A DNA stretch of 64,000 nt, taken from the NCBI GenBank assembly GCA_036271535.1, contig DATBAM010000022.1:3784-67783 (forward strand), in the 5' to 3' direction. The DNA comes from Steroidobacteraceae bacterium. Lineage in GTDB: Bacteria; Pseudomonadota; Gammaproteobacteria; Steroidobacterales; Steroidobacteraceae. The translations under genes were made by a program, and so were the position numbers. The notes below the pieces were generated by a model that saw only the letters and a program-made list of their open reading frames with translations, had not been told where the DNA came from and made no database searches. Below, one piece after another: positions 1 to 9,246 of this stretch (position 1 is the stretch's first letter; each line of letters begins with the position of its first letter).

Positions 1-631
1 CCGCTTGCAGGGCCGAGCCGATGTTTTCTACATGCGCCGTAACAACATGCAGGTCTACAGCTCCTGCCAGCTCAACCAGAACGATCCACTGACCTATGTG
101 TTCTTCACGCAGAACGATGCACATGGGGAGAATTACGGGCTCGAGGCACAACAGCTGTGGCAGATGAGCCGGCGCTGGCAGCTGTCGGGCAGCGTCGGTC
201 TGCTGCATACGCGCTATCTGGGCTACGACGGCGCCGCCATCGCGTGCCCCGACGCGACGCCGCTGGCGCTCGACGGCCGGGCGCAGTCGTTCGCGCCGGG
301 TTACCAGGTGTCCGCCGCACTGACCTATACGCATCCGAGCGGGCTGTTCGGACGGCTGGACGGCTTCGCCACCGACGGATTCTATTTCGCCGCCGGCGAC
401 AATCAGACGGCGTCGGCCTATGAACTGGTCAACCTGCGTCTGGGCTATGCGCGTTCGCACTGGGAGGTCAGCGTCTGGGGACGCAATCTGTTCGACCGGC
501 GCTACGCGCAGCAGGGTTTTTTCTTCGGGCTTGTGCCACCCAATTTCCCGAACCAGAATTTCGTCCAGAACGGCGATCCCCGCACGGTGGGACTGACGGT
601 GCGCTTCGATTTCGGCCAAGAGAGGAAATGA
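1..631 (+). CDS. TonB-dependent outer-membrane receptor, C-terminal fragment (5' end outside window)
   Basis: The frame is open from the window edge. The sequence has a beta-barrel-like pattern and ends near ...RTVGLTVRFDF, typical of the last TBDR strand. Its stop overlaps the next start (ATGA at 628-631). Confidence 0.75.
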   Translation, partial: RLQGRADVFYMRRNNMQVYSSCQLNQNDPLTYVFFTQNDAHGENYGLEAQQLWQMSRRWQLSGSVGLLHTRYLGYDGAAIACPDATPLALDGRAQSFAPGYQVSAALTYTHPSGLFGRLDGFATDGFYFAAGDNQTASAYELVNLRLGYARSHWEVSVWGRNLFDRRYAQQGFFFGLVPPNFPNQNFVQNGDPRTVGLTVRFDFGQERK

Positions 632-873
632 CGATGGACATAGGTGTCGAGATGAGTCTCTATCCGCTGAACGAGCAGTACATTCCACCGATCCAGGATT
701 TCATCGATCGCCTCAACCTGGAGCGCGGCCTGCGTGTCGAGACCAACAGCATGAGCACGCAGGTGTTCGGTGAGTACGATCTGGTGATGCGAACGCTGGC
801 GCGCGAACTGCGCAAAACGTTCGAAGGCAATGACAAGGCCGTGCTCGTGATGAAAGTGCTGGGACCTCTTTAA
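628..873 (+). CDS. MTH1187/YkoF-family thiamine-binding protein (single domain, 81 aa)
   Basis: The N-terminus (...GVEMSLYPLNEQYIPPIQDFIDRL...) and the size fit the small YkoF/MTH1187 (DUF77) fold. It is translationally coupled to the receptor gene. Confidence 0.6.
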   Translation: MTMDIGVEMSLYPLNEQYIPPIQDFIDRLNLERGLRVETNSMSTQVFGEYDLVMRTLARELRKTFEGNDKAVLVMKVLGPL

Positions 874-884
874 GGCCCAACAAC

Positions 885-1484
885 GTGATCGCTCTGCTGT
901 GGCACGCCGTGGCGACGACGGATCCGCTGGAGGGGGTAGCGGTTCTGCTCGGCATTGCCTATGTGCTGTTCATCCTCAAGCGCAATCGTCTCGGCTGGGT
1001 GGCAGGCGGCATCAGCTCGGCGATCTATATATACCTGTCGGTGAATGCGCACCTGCCAATGCAGGCGACGCTGCAGGTCTACTATGTCGTGATGGCGGTG
1101 TATGGGTGGCGCAGCTGGACGCCCGACCAGCAGACGCAGCCGGGCGGCGGCATCCTGCGGTGGCCGCTGCGTTTTCATCTGGTCGCGGTACTGGCCATCG
1201 TGGTGCTGACACTGGCTTCCGCGCAACTGCTCGCGCGCGAGACGCACGCGGCATGGCCCTATCTGGACTCTTTCACGACCTGGGTCAGCCTGCTGGCCAC
1301 CTGGATGACGACCCGCATGGCGCTCGAAAACTGGCTCTACTGGATGGGCGCCGATGCCATCACCGCGTGGCTGTTCGCGGCGCAGGGTCACCCGACGGCC
1401 GCGTTGCTGTTCGTGACCTATCTCATCATCGCCGTGTTCGGGTTCCGGGAATGGTTGAACCTGTATCGACAGGCGACAGCCTGA
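885..1484 (+). CDS. PnuC-family vitamin (nicotinamide riboside/thiamine) transporter
   Basis: 199-aa multi-TM protein with a PnuC-like N-terminus (EGVAVLLGIAYVLFILKRNRLGWVAGGISS...YYVVMAVYGWRSW). Confidence 0.8.
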   Translation: MIALLWHAVATTDPLEGVAVLLGIAYVLFILKRNRLGWVAGGISSAIYIYLSVNAHLPMQATLQVYYVVMAVYGWRSWTPDQQTQPGGGILRWPLRFHLVAVLAIVVLTLASAQLLARETHAAWPYLDSFTTWVSLLATWMTTRMALENWLYWMGADAITAWLFAAQGHPTAALLFVTYLIIAVFGFREWLNLYRQATA

Positions 1485-2269
1485 CCGAGCCGCCTCCCTG
1501 GGCGCTCGAGTGCGTTCCGGGTCTCGCGGGCGGAAAGGCTGCGCATCGCATTCACCGCCTCGGCGGCGGCACGGTCAACGAAGTCTTCCAGGTGATCAGT
1601 GCCGAGGGTTCATTCGTGCTGCGCCTCGACGGCGCGGCCTGGCGCAGGCCCGGTGTCGACCGGCAGCGCGAGCTGACGTTGCATCGCATCGCGGCGACGG
1701 CGGGCATCGCTCCCGAGATCGTGTTCTGCGATCCGGGACGGCAGGGTCTGATGATCACCCGATACCAGCCCGGCTGCACCTGGGACGCATCCGACTACAC
1801 GGATGTTCGCGCTCTCCAGCGCCTTGGAGAGCGTTTGTATGCGCTGCACCGGCTGCCGGTGCCGGCTCTCGCGACCTTCGAGCCGCTGGCAGTCGGCGAG
1901 TCGTACGTCCTGCGCATCGAGCCGGCGCTGCTCAGCGAGACGAAACCGGTGATGCGCCGGCTGGCGCAGCTCAGCCGTGAACTCGCACAGGCCGCGCAGA
2001 AGCCGGTGGTCGTGCACGGTGATCTCTGGGAGGGCAACCTCCTGGATGGCGACCGCCTGTGGCTGCTGGATTGGGAATACGCCCAGGTCACCGAACCGTT
2101 GATGGAAATCGCAGGCCTGCTCGCGTATTACCCGGTGGCACAGCGGTATCAGACAGAACTGATGGCAGCTGCGGGCATGAATCCCGCTGCGCAGGCGGTG
2201 CTCCCCGATCGGATCGAAATCTATCGGATCCTCAACCGGCTCTGGCGCCTTGCGCGTGGGGAGCGCTGA
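1451..2269 (+). CDS. APH/choline-kinase-fold phosphotransferase, thiamine-kinase (ThiK)-like
   Basis: Carries the Brenner motif HGDLWEGNLL followed by LLDWEYA, as in ThiK and choline kinases. The 456-aa track ORF (899..2269) is trimmed to the in-frame ATG at 1451, because the upstream part overlaps pnuC in another frame. The start is uncertain. Confidence 0.65.
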   Translation: MVEPVSTGDSLTEPPPWALECVPGLAGGKAAHRIHRLGGGTVNEVFQVISAEGSFVLRLDGAAWRRPGVDRQRELTLHRIAATAGIAPEIVFCDPGRQGLMITRYQPGCTWDASDYTDVRALQRLGERLYALHRLPVPALATFEPLAVGESYVLRIEPALLSETKPVMRRLAQLSRELAQAAQKPVVVHGDLWEGNLLDGDRLWLLDWEYAQVTEPLMEIAGLLAYYPVAQRYQTELMAAAGMNPAAQAVLPDRIEIYRILNRLWRLARGER

Positions 2270-2341
2270 ATGCGACATCGGGACTGGCAACGCGGCAGCG
2301 CGGCCGGCAAACTAGCGCGCCCCTACGCTTAAGGATGCGTC

Positions 2342-2656
2342 ATGCCGAAAGTGCGAGTGATCGACCGGGACGGAAAGGAACGGGAACTGGATGCGCCCAA
2401 CGGCGCGTCACTGATGGAGCCGTTGCGCGACATGGATGATGGCGTGGCTGCCATCTGTGGCGGCATGTGTTCGTGTGCCACCTGCCACGTCTACGTCGAC
2501 GAGGAATGGGTTGCGAAGATTCCGCCGCCGATGTCCGACGAGACCGACATGTTGGGGGATCTCACTACGCGCAAGACCAATTCGCGTCTTTCGTGCCAGG
2601 TGATGCTCAGCGACTCATTGTCCGGCATCAAGGTCAGCGTCGCGCCGGAAGAGTAG
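2342..2656 (+). CDS. [2Fe-2S] ferredoxin, adrenodoxin/putidaredoxin type
   Basis: Carries the CGGMCSCATCHVYV...LSCQV cysteine pattern; 104 aa. Confidence 0.85.
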   Translation: MPKVRVIDRDGKERELDAPNGASLMEPLRDMDDGVAAICGGMCSCATCHVYVDEEWVAKIPPPMSDETDMLGDLTTRKTNSRLSCQVMLSDSLSGIKVSVAPEE

Positions 2657-2658
2657 CC

Positions 2659-3105
2659 GTGTCGCGGATCTGGATCTATGTGATTCTGATCGCGGCGGTC
2701 TTGTTCGTCGCCGCGCGCATCGTCGCCATCGTGTTGAAGGGACGACGCCAGGCGATCCATGACGATTGGGATTCCCAGCTGGTAAAGAATCTGCGTGCCG
2801 CGGGCGGTAACGCCTTTACGCCCTACGAAGTCGATTTCTTCTTCACGCTGCCGGACGAGGCGTCCTGCGGATCGCTGCGAGGCACGCTCGAGTCCGAGGG
2901 GTTCACGGTCGAATCGCGTGTTGCGACAGGGGAGGCGGCGAGCGGCTATCTGCTAGCCGCTCACAAGCACCTGCGGGTCAACGTCTCGGAAATGCAGCAG
3001 TATTCGCAGCGCTTCAGAGCACTCGTCGAGCAATATGGCGGGTACTACGACGGTTGGGTGACCGACCCGTCGCGTGCTAGCCCTTCTTCTGCGTCTGCTT
3101 TTTGA
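2659..3105 (+). CDS. Membrane-anchored RraB-like (regulator of ribonuclease activity B family) protein
   Basis: GTG at 2659 lies 3 nt after the ferredoxin stop. An N-terminal TM helix ([23 protein letters not shown]) is followed by [27 protein letters not shown], reminiscent of the RraB fold. Family assignment is from memory. Confidence 0.45.
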   Translation: MSRIWIYVILIAAVLFVAARIVAIVLKGRRQAIHDDWDSQLVKNLRAAGGNAFTPYEVDFFFTLPDEASCGSLRGTLESEGFTVESRVATGEAASGYLLAAHKHLRVNVSEMQQYSQRFRALVEQYGGYYDGWVTDPSRASPSSASAF

Positions 3106-3835
3106 CCGCATCGGCGGCGGCGGCGATGGCTTCCGCGTCACCCAGATAGCGGCTGCCGGTGGCCTTGAGCGCGCTGTCGAATTCGTACAGCAGCGGGACG
3201 CCCGTTGGGATGTTGAGTTCGACGATGGCCTCTTCCGACAGGTTGTCCAGCATCTTCACCAGCGCGCGCAGGCTGTTGCCGTGCGCGACCACCAGCACCT
3301 GGCGTCCCTTGACCAGTTCCGGCGCAATACGCTGTTCCCAGAAGGGCAGCACCCGCGCCAGCGTGGTCTTCAGTGATTCGGTCGCCGGCAGATCCGCCCG
3401 GTCGACGTCGGCGTAGCGCGGGTCGAAGCGCGGATGCCGCTCGTCATCCAGCGCCAGCGGCGGCGGCGGGATGTCGTAGCTGCGGCGCCAGATCTTGACC
3501 TGCTGCTCGCCGTGGCGCTCGACGGTCTGCGTCTTATTGAGTCCCTGCAGGGCGCCGTAGTGACGTTCGTTGAGCCGCCAGGTGCGTTCGACCGGCAGCC
3601 ACAGCAGGTCCATCACGTCGAGCATCAGCCACTGCGTGCGGATCGCGCGCTTGAGGACGGACGTGAATACCATCTGCGGGACGATGCCTTCCCGGACCAG
3701 TTCGCGCCCCGCCTGCTGGGCTTCCTGGCGGCCGACGTCTGACAGATCGACATCCATCCAGCCGGTGAACAGGTTCTCGACGTTCCATACACTCTGGCCG
3801 TGGCGGACCAGCACTAGCTTTCCGGGCACTGACAT
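3077..3835 (-). CDS. gpmA: 2,3-bisphosphoglycerate-dependent phosphoglycerate mutase
   Basis: [20 protein letters not shown]... catalytic His motif; 252 aa. Confidence 0.93.
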   Translation of the reverse strand: MSVPGKLVLVRHGQSVWNVENLFTGWMDVDLSDVGRQEAQQAGRELVREGIVPQMVFTSVLKRAIRTQWLMLDVMDLLWLPVERTWRLNERHYGALQGLNKTQTVERHGEQQVKIWRRSYDIPPPPLALDDERHPRFDPRYADVDRADLPATESLKTTLARVLPFWEQRIAPELVKGRQVLVVAHGNSLRALVKMLDNLSEEAIVELNIPTGVPLLYEFDSALKATGSRYLGDAEAIAAAADAVKKQTQKKG

Positions 3836-3850
3836 GACTCCTTGCAGTGG

Positions 3851-6800
3851 TCACAGGACGGTGGCGAAGGCGCTGCGATGGCCGGCGGCCAGGTTCGAGA
3901 GCGCTTCGACCGCTACTGTAAGGGCTGCGAAGTCCGGTGTCGTGAGCGATCGCACATCGCGCAGCATCTGATTCCAGCGTTCCAGGCCCGCGTCATGCGG
4001 CGGCGCTGTCGCGCTGACAGGCCGTCGTCTGGCCGGTCGCGTGCCCGCTCGCCTGCTCCCTCGCTTACTCCCCAGGACCGCGGCCGTGATCTTCAGGTGT
4101 GCGCCGAGCGCGGCGTTCTGCAGTCGGGTCTGCGCGGCGCGCTGCCAGTCACCACTGGCCGGCAGCTGTTCGATCGCACCGTGCAGCCAGTCGAGACCCA
4201 GCCGGGCGGACAGCCCGAAATGTGCCTGTGCGACCAGCCGCGCACGCGCGTGCGTGCGCAGCGACAGTTCGATGAGATCCGGCGCGACCCGCAGCGGCTC
4301 GAGGGACCCCAGCCGTTCGGCGAGCGCGACCGGCAGACCCTGCTCGGCATAGCGACGGCAGTGAGCCAGATAGCGCTCGCGGTCCAGACCCTCGAGCACC
4401 GAGGGCAGGATCTGTGCGAATTCCCGCAAGGCCGGTTGGAGCTTCGCGACCGACTGGCCGATCTGCGGATACTCCCGCCGATGCGCCAGCAGCCACGCGG
4501 TGTACTGCGTCAGATAGCGGCTGCTGTCGAGCAGGGCGTCATATTGATCATCGGCCTTGACCGTGCCGTCGAGTGATTCGATATCACTCCAGATGCCGCG
4601 AAGATCGGCGCTGTCGCGGGCAATGGTGTAGGCGCGCGCGACGGCGGCGGCATTGGCGCCCTCATCGCAGGCCATCAGCAGCAACGGACCGACACGATTG
4701 ACGATGCTGTTGGTGGTCGCGGTGTTGATGATCTGATGGCGCAGGCGATGACGCTTGATGCGGGCCGCATAGGGTCGGCGCAGCGCGGTCGGGAAGTAGC
4801 GTTCGAGTTCGCGTGCCAGATAGGGATCGGTCGCGCTGTCGGTATCGGTGAGCGCGCGCTTGAAGGCGATCTTGCCGTAGGAGAACAGCAATGCGAGTTC
4901 CGGGCGTGTCAGGCCGCGCCCTTCGCGCCGCCGCCCTTCGATCTCCTCCTCGGTCGGGAGGAACTCGACCGCACGATCCAGCTCTCCGTGGCGTTCCAGC
5001 CAGCGCATCAGCCGACGATGGTCGTTGAGCTGTTCCGGCGCGCGTCGCGATAGGAGACTGAGCGCCTGGCTCTGCAGGTAGTTGTTACGCAGCACCAGTG
5101 CCGCGACCTCGTCGGTCGCGGCCACGAGCAGACGGTCGCGGCGGGGACGCGGTATCGGCCGTTCACCGGGCGCGTCGAGCAGGATCTTCAAATTGACTTC
5201 GACGTCCGACGTGTTGACCCCGGCCGAGTTGTCGATGAAGTCGGGATTGAGACGCCCGCCGCGGCTTGCATACTCGATGCGGCCACGCTGCGACAGGCCG
5301 AGGTTGCCGCCTTCGCCAACGACCAGGGCGCGCAGCTGGCGTCCGTCGACGCGCACCGCATCGTTACCGCGGTCGCCGATCTCGCCATTGCGCTCGTCAG
5401 ATGCCTTCACATAGGTGCCAATGCCGCCGTTCCAGAGCAGATCGACCCGCATGCTCAGGATGGCGCGGATGACCTCGACCGGCGTGACCTGCTGCTGCTG
5501 CAGATCGAGCAACGCCCGTGCCTCCGCCGACAGAGAGACGCTTTTCACCGAGCGTTCGAACACCATGCCGCCGCGCGAGAGCAGCCGCTGGTTGTAGTCG
5601 TTCCATCCGGATCGCGGCAGGCGGAACAGACGTTCGCGTTCGCGAAACGTGCGCGCCGCGTCCGGATCCGGATCGAGAAATACGTGCTGGTGATTGAACG
5701 CCGCCACCAGTCTGGTCTGACGCGAGAGCAGCATGCCGTTGCCGAACACGTCGCCCGACATGTCACCGATACCAGCCACCGTGAAGGGCTGGCGCTGAAT
5801 GTCGCTGCCTATTTCGCGGAAGTGCCGTTTGATGCACTCCCAGGCGCCGCGCGCCGTGATGCCCATCTTTTTGTGGTCGTAGCCGCTGGAGCCGCCGGAG
5901 GCGAACGCGTCGCCCAGCCAGAAGCCGTACTCGGCCGCGATCGCGTTGGCGATATCGGAGAACGAGGCCGTTCCCTTGTCGGCCGCCACCACCAGGTAGG
6001 GATCGTCACCGTCCAGCCGCCGCACATCGGGCGGTGGCGACACGCGCCCGTTGACGATGTTGTCGGTCACGTCTAGCAGACCGCGGATGAAGCTGCGGTA
6101 GCATTCGATCACCTCGCGCTGCTGCAGGTCGCGTGCGGCGCGTGGTGGCAGGCGGCGCGCGACGAAGCCACCCTTGGCGCCCACCGGGATGATCAGTGTG
6201 TTCTTGACGTGCTGAGCCTTCATCAGGCCCAGAACTTCGGTGCGAAAATCCTCGGGCCGCTCCGACCAGCGGATACCGCCGCGCGCGATCGCACCCTTGC
6301 GAAGGTGCACACCTTCGACGCGCGGACTGTGCACGAAGATCTCGAAAGCAGGCCGCGGCGACGGCAGACCCGGAATCCGCGCCGGATCGAGCTTGAGCGC
6401 CAGCCACGGGCGCGGTATGCCATGCGAATCGCGCCGATAGTAGTTGGTGCGCAGTGTCGACAGCACCACGGCAAGAAAAGCACGCAGGATGCGGTCCTGG
6501 TCGGGGCTGACGACCGCCTCGATGGCGCGCCTGATACGTCGCTCGATCTGCGCCGCGCGCGCGTGAGCGCCGCGTCCTCCGCGCGGCGCCAGGCGCTGCT
6601 CGAACAGTTGCACCAGGTCGCCGGCCGTCGTGGCGTGCTCGCCCAGAACCCGTTCCATATAAGCCTGGCTGAACGGGATGCCGGTCTGCAGCAGATAGCG
6701 GCAGCACGCGCGCAGCACCGTGACCTGGCGTACCTTCAGGCCTGCGGCGACCAGTAGTCGGTTGAATCCATCGTCATCGAGCTCGCCGGCGCGCACCGCA

Positions 6801-8641
6801 CGAAAGGCGGCGATCAGCTCCGGTGCGACCAATGCCACGTCCACGCGACGCAGTTCGTGGTGTTCCAGCTCGAAGTCCTGGATCCACGCAGCGCTCCCGT
6901 CGGCCCAGCTCAAGCGATACGGGCGTTCGGCAATGACCCGCAGCCCGAAGTGTTCGAAAGTCGGCAGCACTTCGGATACCGACAGGGCCTCGCCCCGGCG
7001 TATCAGGCGCAGATGCATGCGCTGGATGCGCTCGCCGGCTGGATGGTAGAGCCGCAGCTGCATGCGTTCGAGCGCTGAATCCAGTACTTCGAGATCGGCA
7101 ATGTCGTCGACGGCCAGCGCGGCATCGACATCTTCGAGATAGGAGTCGGGAAACGCGGCTTCATAGCGACGTTCGAGCGCCAGCGCCTGCGACTCACCAA
7201 AGCGGGCCTGCAGTGCCGAGCGCAGGCGATCGCGCCACGAGACCAGCGTGGCTGCGATCTGTTGTTCGAGCTTTGCAGGATCGACGCGCCGCTGGCTGGC
7301 CGGATCGACGCGCACGACCACGTGCAGCTGCGCCAGCGGCGAATCGCCGATCGTCAGCGCGGTGTCGGTCTCGGTCGCATGGAAGGCGTCGCTCAGGACG
7401 GCCTGGATGCGAGCCTGGGCGCTGGCGTCGCAGCGCTCGCGCGGCAGGTAGACCAGACACGACCAGAACCGCCGGAATTCGTCGCGACGCAGGATGAGCC
7501 GCACGCGCGAACGATTCTGCAATACCAGCACTGCCCGGGCCAGGCGCGACAGATCATCGACACCCGCCTGCAGCAACTCATCGCGCGGCAAGGTCTCGAG
7601 AATGTGCGCCAGACGTTTTGCGTCATGACTGTTGACCGCAAAGCGGAAACGCTCGGTCACCTGACGGATCTTCAGGCGCAGCAGCGGTACGTAGTAGGGA
7701 TCGGCCTGGTAGGCACTGGAGGTCCAAAGTCCGAGTATGCGTGCCTCACCCACGGCACGTCCGCGGGCGTCGAAGCGTTTGACGCCGATATAGTCGAGGT
7801 AGCCGTCGCGGTGCACCGAGGAACGGCGGTTGGCTTTGGTGATGATCAGCAGATCGCGCGTGCGCAGGGCATGGCGGATGTTGGAGACCGGAATGCCCTG
7901 GCCGGCTGCCGATGGGCGGCGCAGCAGGCCGAGATCCGTGCCGGGGACGGTCGACAGCTCAGGGCCGTTTGCGCCCCGGATCAGCCGGCTCTCGCGGTAG
8001 CCGAGGAAAGTGAAATGGTGGTTCTCCATGTACTGGAGCAGCGAGCGGCTCTCGGCGATCACGTCCGCCGGGAGCGGCGGCGGATTGCGGGCGATGTCCG
8101 CGCACAGCCGTCGCACGGCATCCCGCATGCGCATCCAGTCACCGCAGGCATAGCGGACATCGATCAACGCAGCCAGCAGCCGCCGGCGCAGACGCTCTGC
8201 GTCCGCCGGGTCCGTCAGTCGATCGATACGCCAGTACTGCCATGATTCGGGCGAGCCTTTCTGCGTCTCACCGCCGGCGTCGATTTCCTGGTCGAGTGCA
8301 CGCACCCGCCCGGCGCTGTCGCGATCCACGCGCAGGACAGGATGCACGATCAACTGTGACGGTACGCCGAGCTGCGACAGCGTCAGGCTAAGTGTGTCGA
8401 CCAGGAACGGCATGTCCTCGGTGACCAGTTCGATCGTGGAGTAGGACGCGTCGGTGTCGTCGGGCGAACTGGTGACCCGCAGCAAGGTCTGCCGTCTACG
8501 CCGCTGCAGGCCGAAGTCCAGCTGGCCGGCGCAGGCGCGGGTCAGTGCGGATTGGTCGAAGCTGCGCCAGTCCTCGCGCGCGACCGAGGCGCGCCAGGCG
8601 CGTAGCAGGGACTCATTCAATCGTGAACGCGCGCTACTCAT
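3851..8641 (-). CDS. gdhB: Large NAD-specific glutamate dehydrogenase (about 180 kDa class)
   Basis: 1596-aa single ORF. Its length and sequence are characteristic of the giant NAD-GDH family (e.g. ...KGGFV..., GDMSGDVFGNGML). Confidence 0.88.
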   Translation of the reverse strand: MSSARSRLNESLLRAWRASVAREDWRSFDQSALTRACAGQLDFGLQRRRRQTLLRVTSSPDDTDASYSTIELVTEDMPFLVDTLSLTLSQLGVPSQLIVHPVLRVDRDSAGRVRALDQEIDAGGETQKGSPESWQYWRIDRLTDPADAERLRRRLLAALIDVRYACGDWMRMRDAVRRLCADIARNPPPLPADVIAESRSLLQYMENHHFTFLGYRESRLIRGANGPELSTVPGTDLGLLRRPSAAGQGIPVSNIRHALRTRDLLIITKANRRSSVHRDGYLDYIGVKRFDARGRAVGEARILGLWTSSAYQADPYYVPLLRLKIRQVTERFRFAVNSHDAKRLAHILETLPRDELLQAGVDDLSRLARAVLVLQNRSRVRLILRRDEFRRFWSCLVYLPRERCDASAQARIQAVLSDAFHATETDTALTIGDSPLAQLHVVVRVDPASQRRVDPAKLEQQIAATLVSWRDRLRSALQARFGESQALALERRYEAAFPDSYLEDVDAALAVDDIADLEVLDSALERMQLRLYHPAGERIQRMHLRLIRRGEALSVSEVLPTFEHFGLRVIAERPYRLSWADGSAAWIQDFELEHHELRRVDVALVAPELIAAFRAVRAGELDDDGFNRLLVAAGLKVRQVTVLRACCRYLLQTGIPFSQAYMERVLGEHATTAGDLVQLFEQRLAPRGGRGAHARAAQIERRIRRAIEAVVSPDQDRILRAFLAVVLSTLRTNYYRRDSHGIPRPWLALKLDPARIPGLPSPRPAFEIFVHSPRVEGVHLRKGAIARGGIRWSERPEDFRTEVLGLMKAQHVKNTLIIPVGAKGGFVARRLPPRAARDLQQREVIECYRSFIRGLLDVTDNIVNGRVSPPPDVRRLDGDDPYLVVAADKGTASFSDIANAIAAEYGFWLGDAFASGGSSGYDHKKMGITARGAWECIKRHFREIGSDIQRQPFTVAGIGDMSGDVFGNGMLLSRQTRLVAAFNHQHVFLDPDPDAARTFRERERLFRLPRSGWNDYNQRLLSRGGMVFERSVKSVSLSAEARALLDLQQQQVTPVEVIRAILSMRVDLLWNGGIGTYVKASDERNGEIGDRGNDAVRVDGRQLRALVVGEGGNLGLSQRGRIEYASRGGRLNPDFIDNSAGVNTSDVEVNLKILLDAPGERPIPRPRRDRLLVAATDEVAALVLRNNYLQSQALSLLSRRAPEQLNDHRRLMRWLERHGELDRAVEFLPTEEEIEGRRREGRGLTRPELALLFSYGKIAFKRALTDTDSATDPYLARELERYFPTALRRPYAARIKRHRLRHQIINTATTNSIVNRVGPLLLMACDEGANAAAVARAYTIARDSADLRGIWSDIESLDGTVKADDQYDALLDSSRYLTQYTAWLLAHRREYPQIGQSVAKLQPALREFAQILPSVLEGLDRERYLAHCRRYAEQGLPVALAERLGSLEPLRVAPDLIELSLRTHARARLVAQAHFGLSARLGLDWLHGAIEQLPASGDWQRAAQTRLQNAALGAHLKITAAVLGSKRGSRRAGTRPARRRPVSATAPPHDAGLERWNQMLRDVRSLTTPDFAALTVAVEALSNLAAGHRSAFATVL

Positions 8642-8659
8642 TCGCGACGCCCGCTACCG

Positions 8660-9208
8660 CTATCGGGATGGTTCGAGGCGTTCGATCTGCGCCGTGAGCC
8701 GTCGCAGATGATCCAGGAGGTCCTGGCGTGCATCGTCCGTCATGTCGCCGAATATCGAACGGGTCAGAACGGACGTGGTAGGCATCAGGGAGCACACCAG
8801 TGCCTCACCGCTGGGGGTGATGCGCAGCATCGTCCGACGCCGGTCGTGTTCGCTTGCTGTCCGGGTGATCAGACCCCTCTCGTGCAGTGCGTCAGCGACC
8901 CGCGTCATGTTCGCAGGGCTCTGAGCGACGAAAGCGCACAGATCGCTGGGACAGGCTACGCCGTCCGGCTGACTGACCAGGCACATCAGAATCCGGAAGT
9001 CGGTGTCGTTCAGGTTGTGTGCTTTAAGCGACTCTTCCAGCAGCCCGCCGATGCGGCGCCCGAGCAGCATGACCAGACGCAGGATCAGGGTCTCCGGAAC
9101 CGCAACGTCGGGGAACCGAACCGACACCTGTCGGATCGCCCCTTCGATCTCAGCTGCCCGCCGCGCCTGCGGCGCCTGTCCCGTTGCTGAAGAGGGGTTG
9201 GTAGGCAT
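8660..9208 (-). CDS. MarR-family transcriptional regulator
   Basis: Winged-HTH core (...SDLCAFVAQSPANMTRVADALHERGLITRTASEHDRRRTMLRITPSG...). Confidence 0.85.
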   Translation of the reverse strand: MPTNPSSATGQAPQARRAAEIEGAIRQVSVRFPDVAVPETLILRLVMLLGRRIGGLLEESLKAHNLNDTDFRILMCLVSQPDGVACPSDLCAFVAQSPANMTRVADALHERGLITRTASEHDRRRTMLRITPSGEALVCSLMPTTSVLTRSIFGDMTDDARQDLLDHLRRLTAQIERLEPSR

Positions 9209-9246
9209 GTCTGTACGGTATCGTCTGCGGACCGAAATTCCAACGA

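Noticed and set aside
899-2269. 456-aa ORF read as one gene
   Set aside because: Its first ~180 codons overlap the PnuC gene in another frame and translate to Arg/Gly-rich junk. Only the C-terminal kinase-fold part (from about 1451) is credible.
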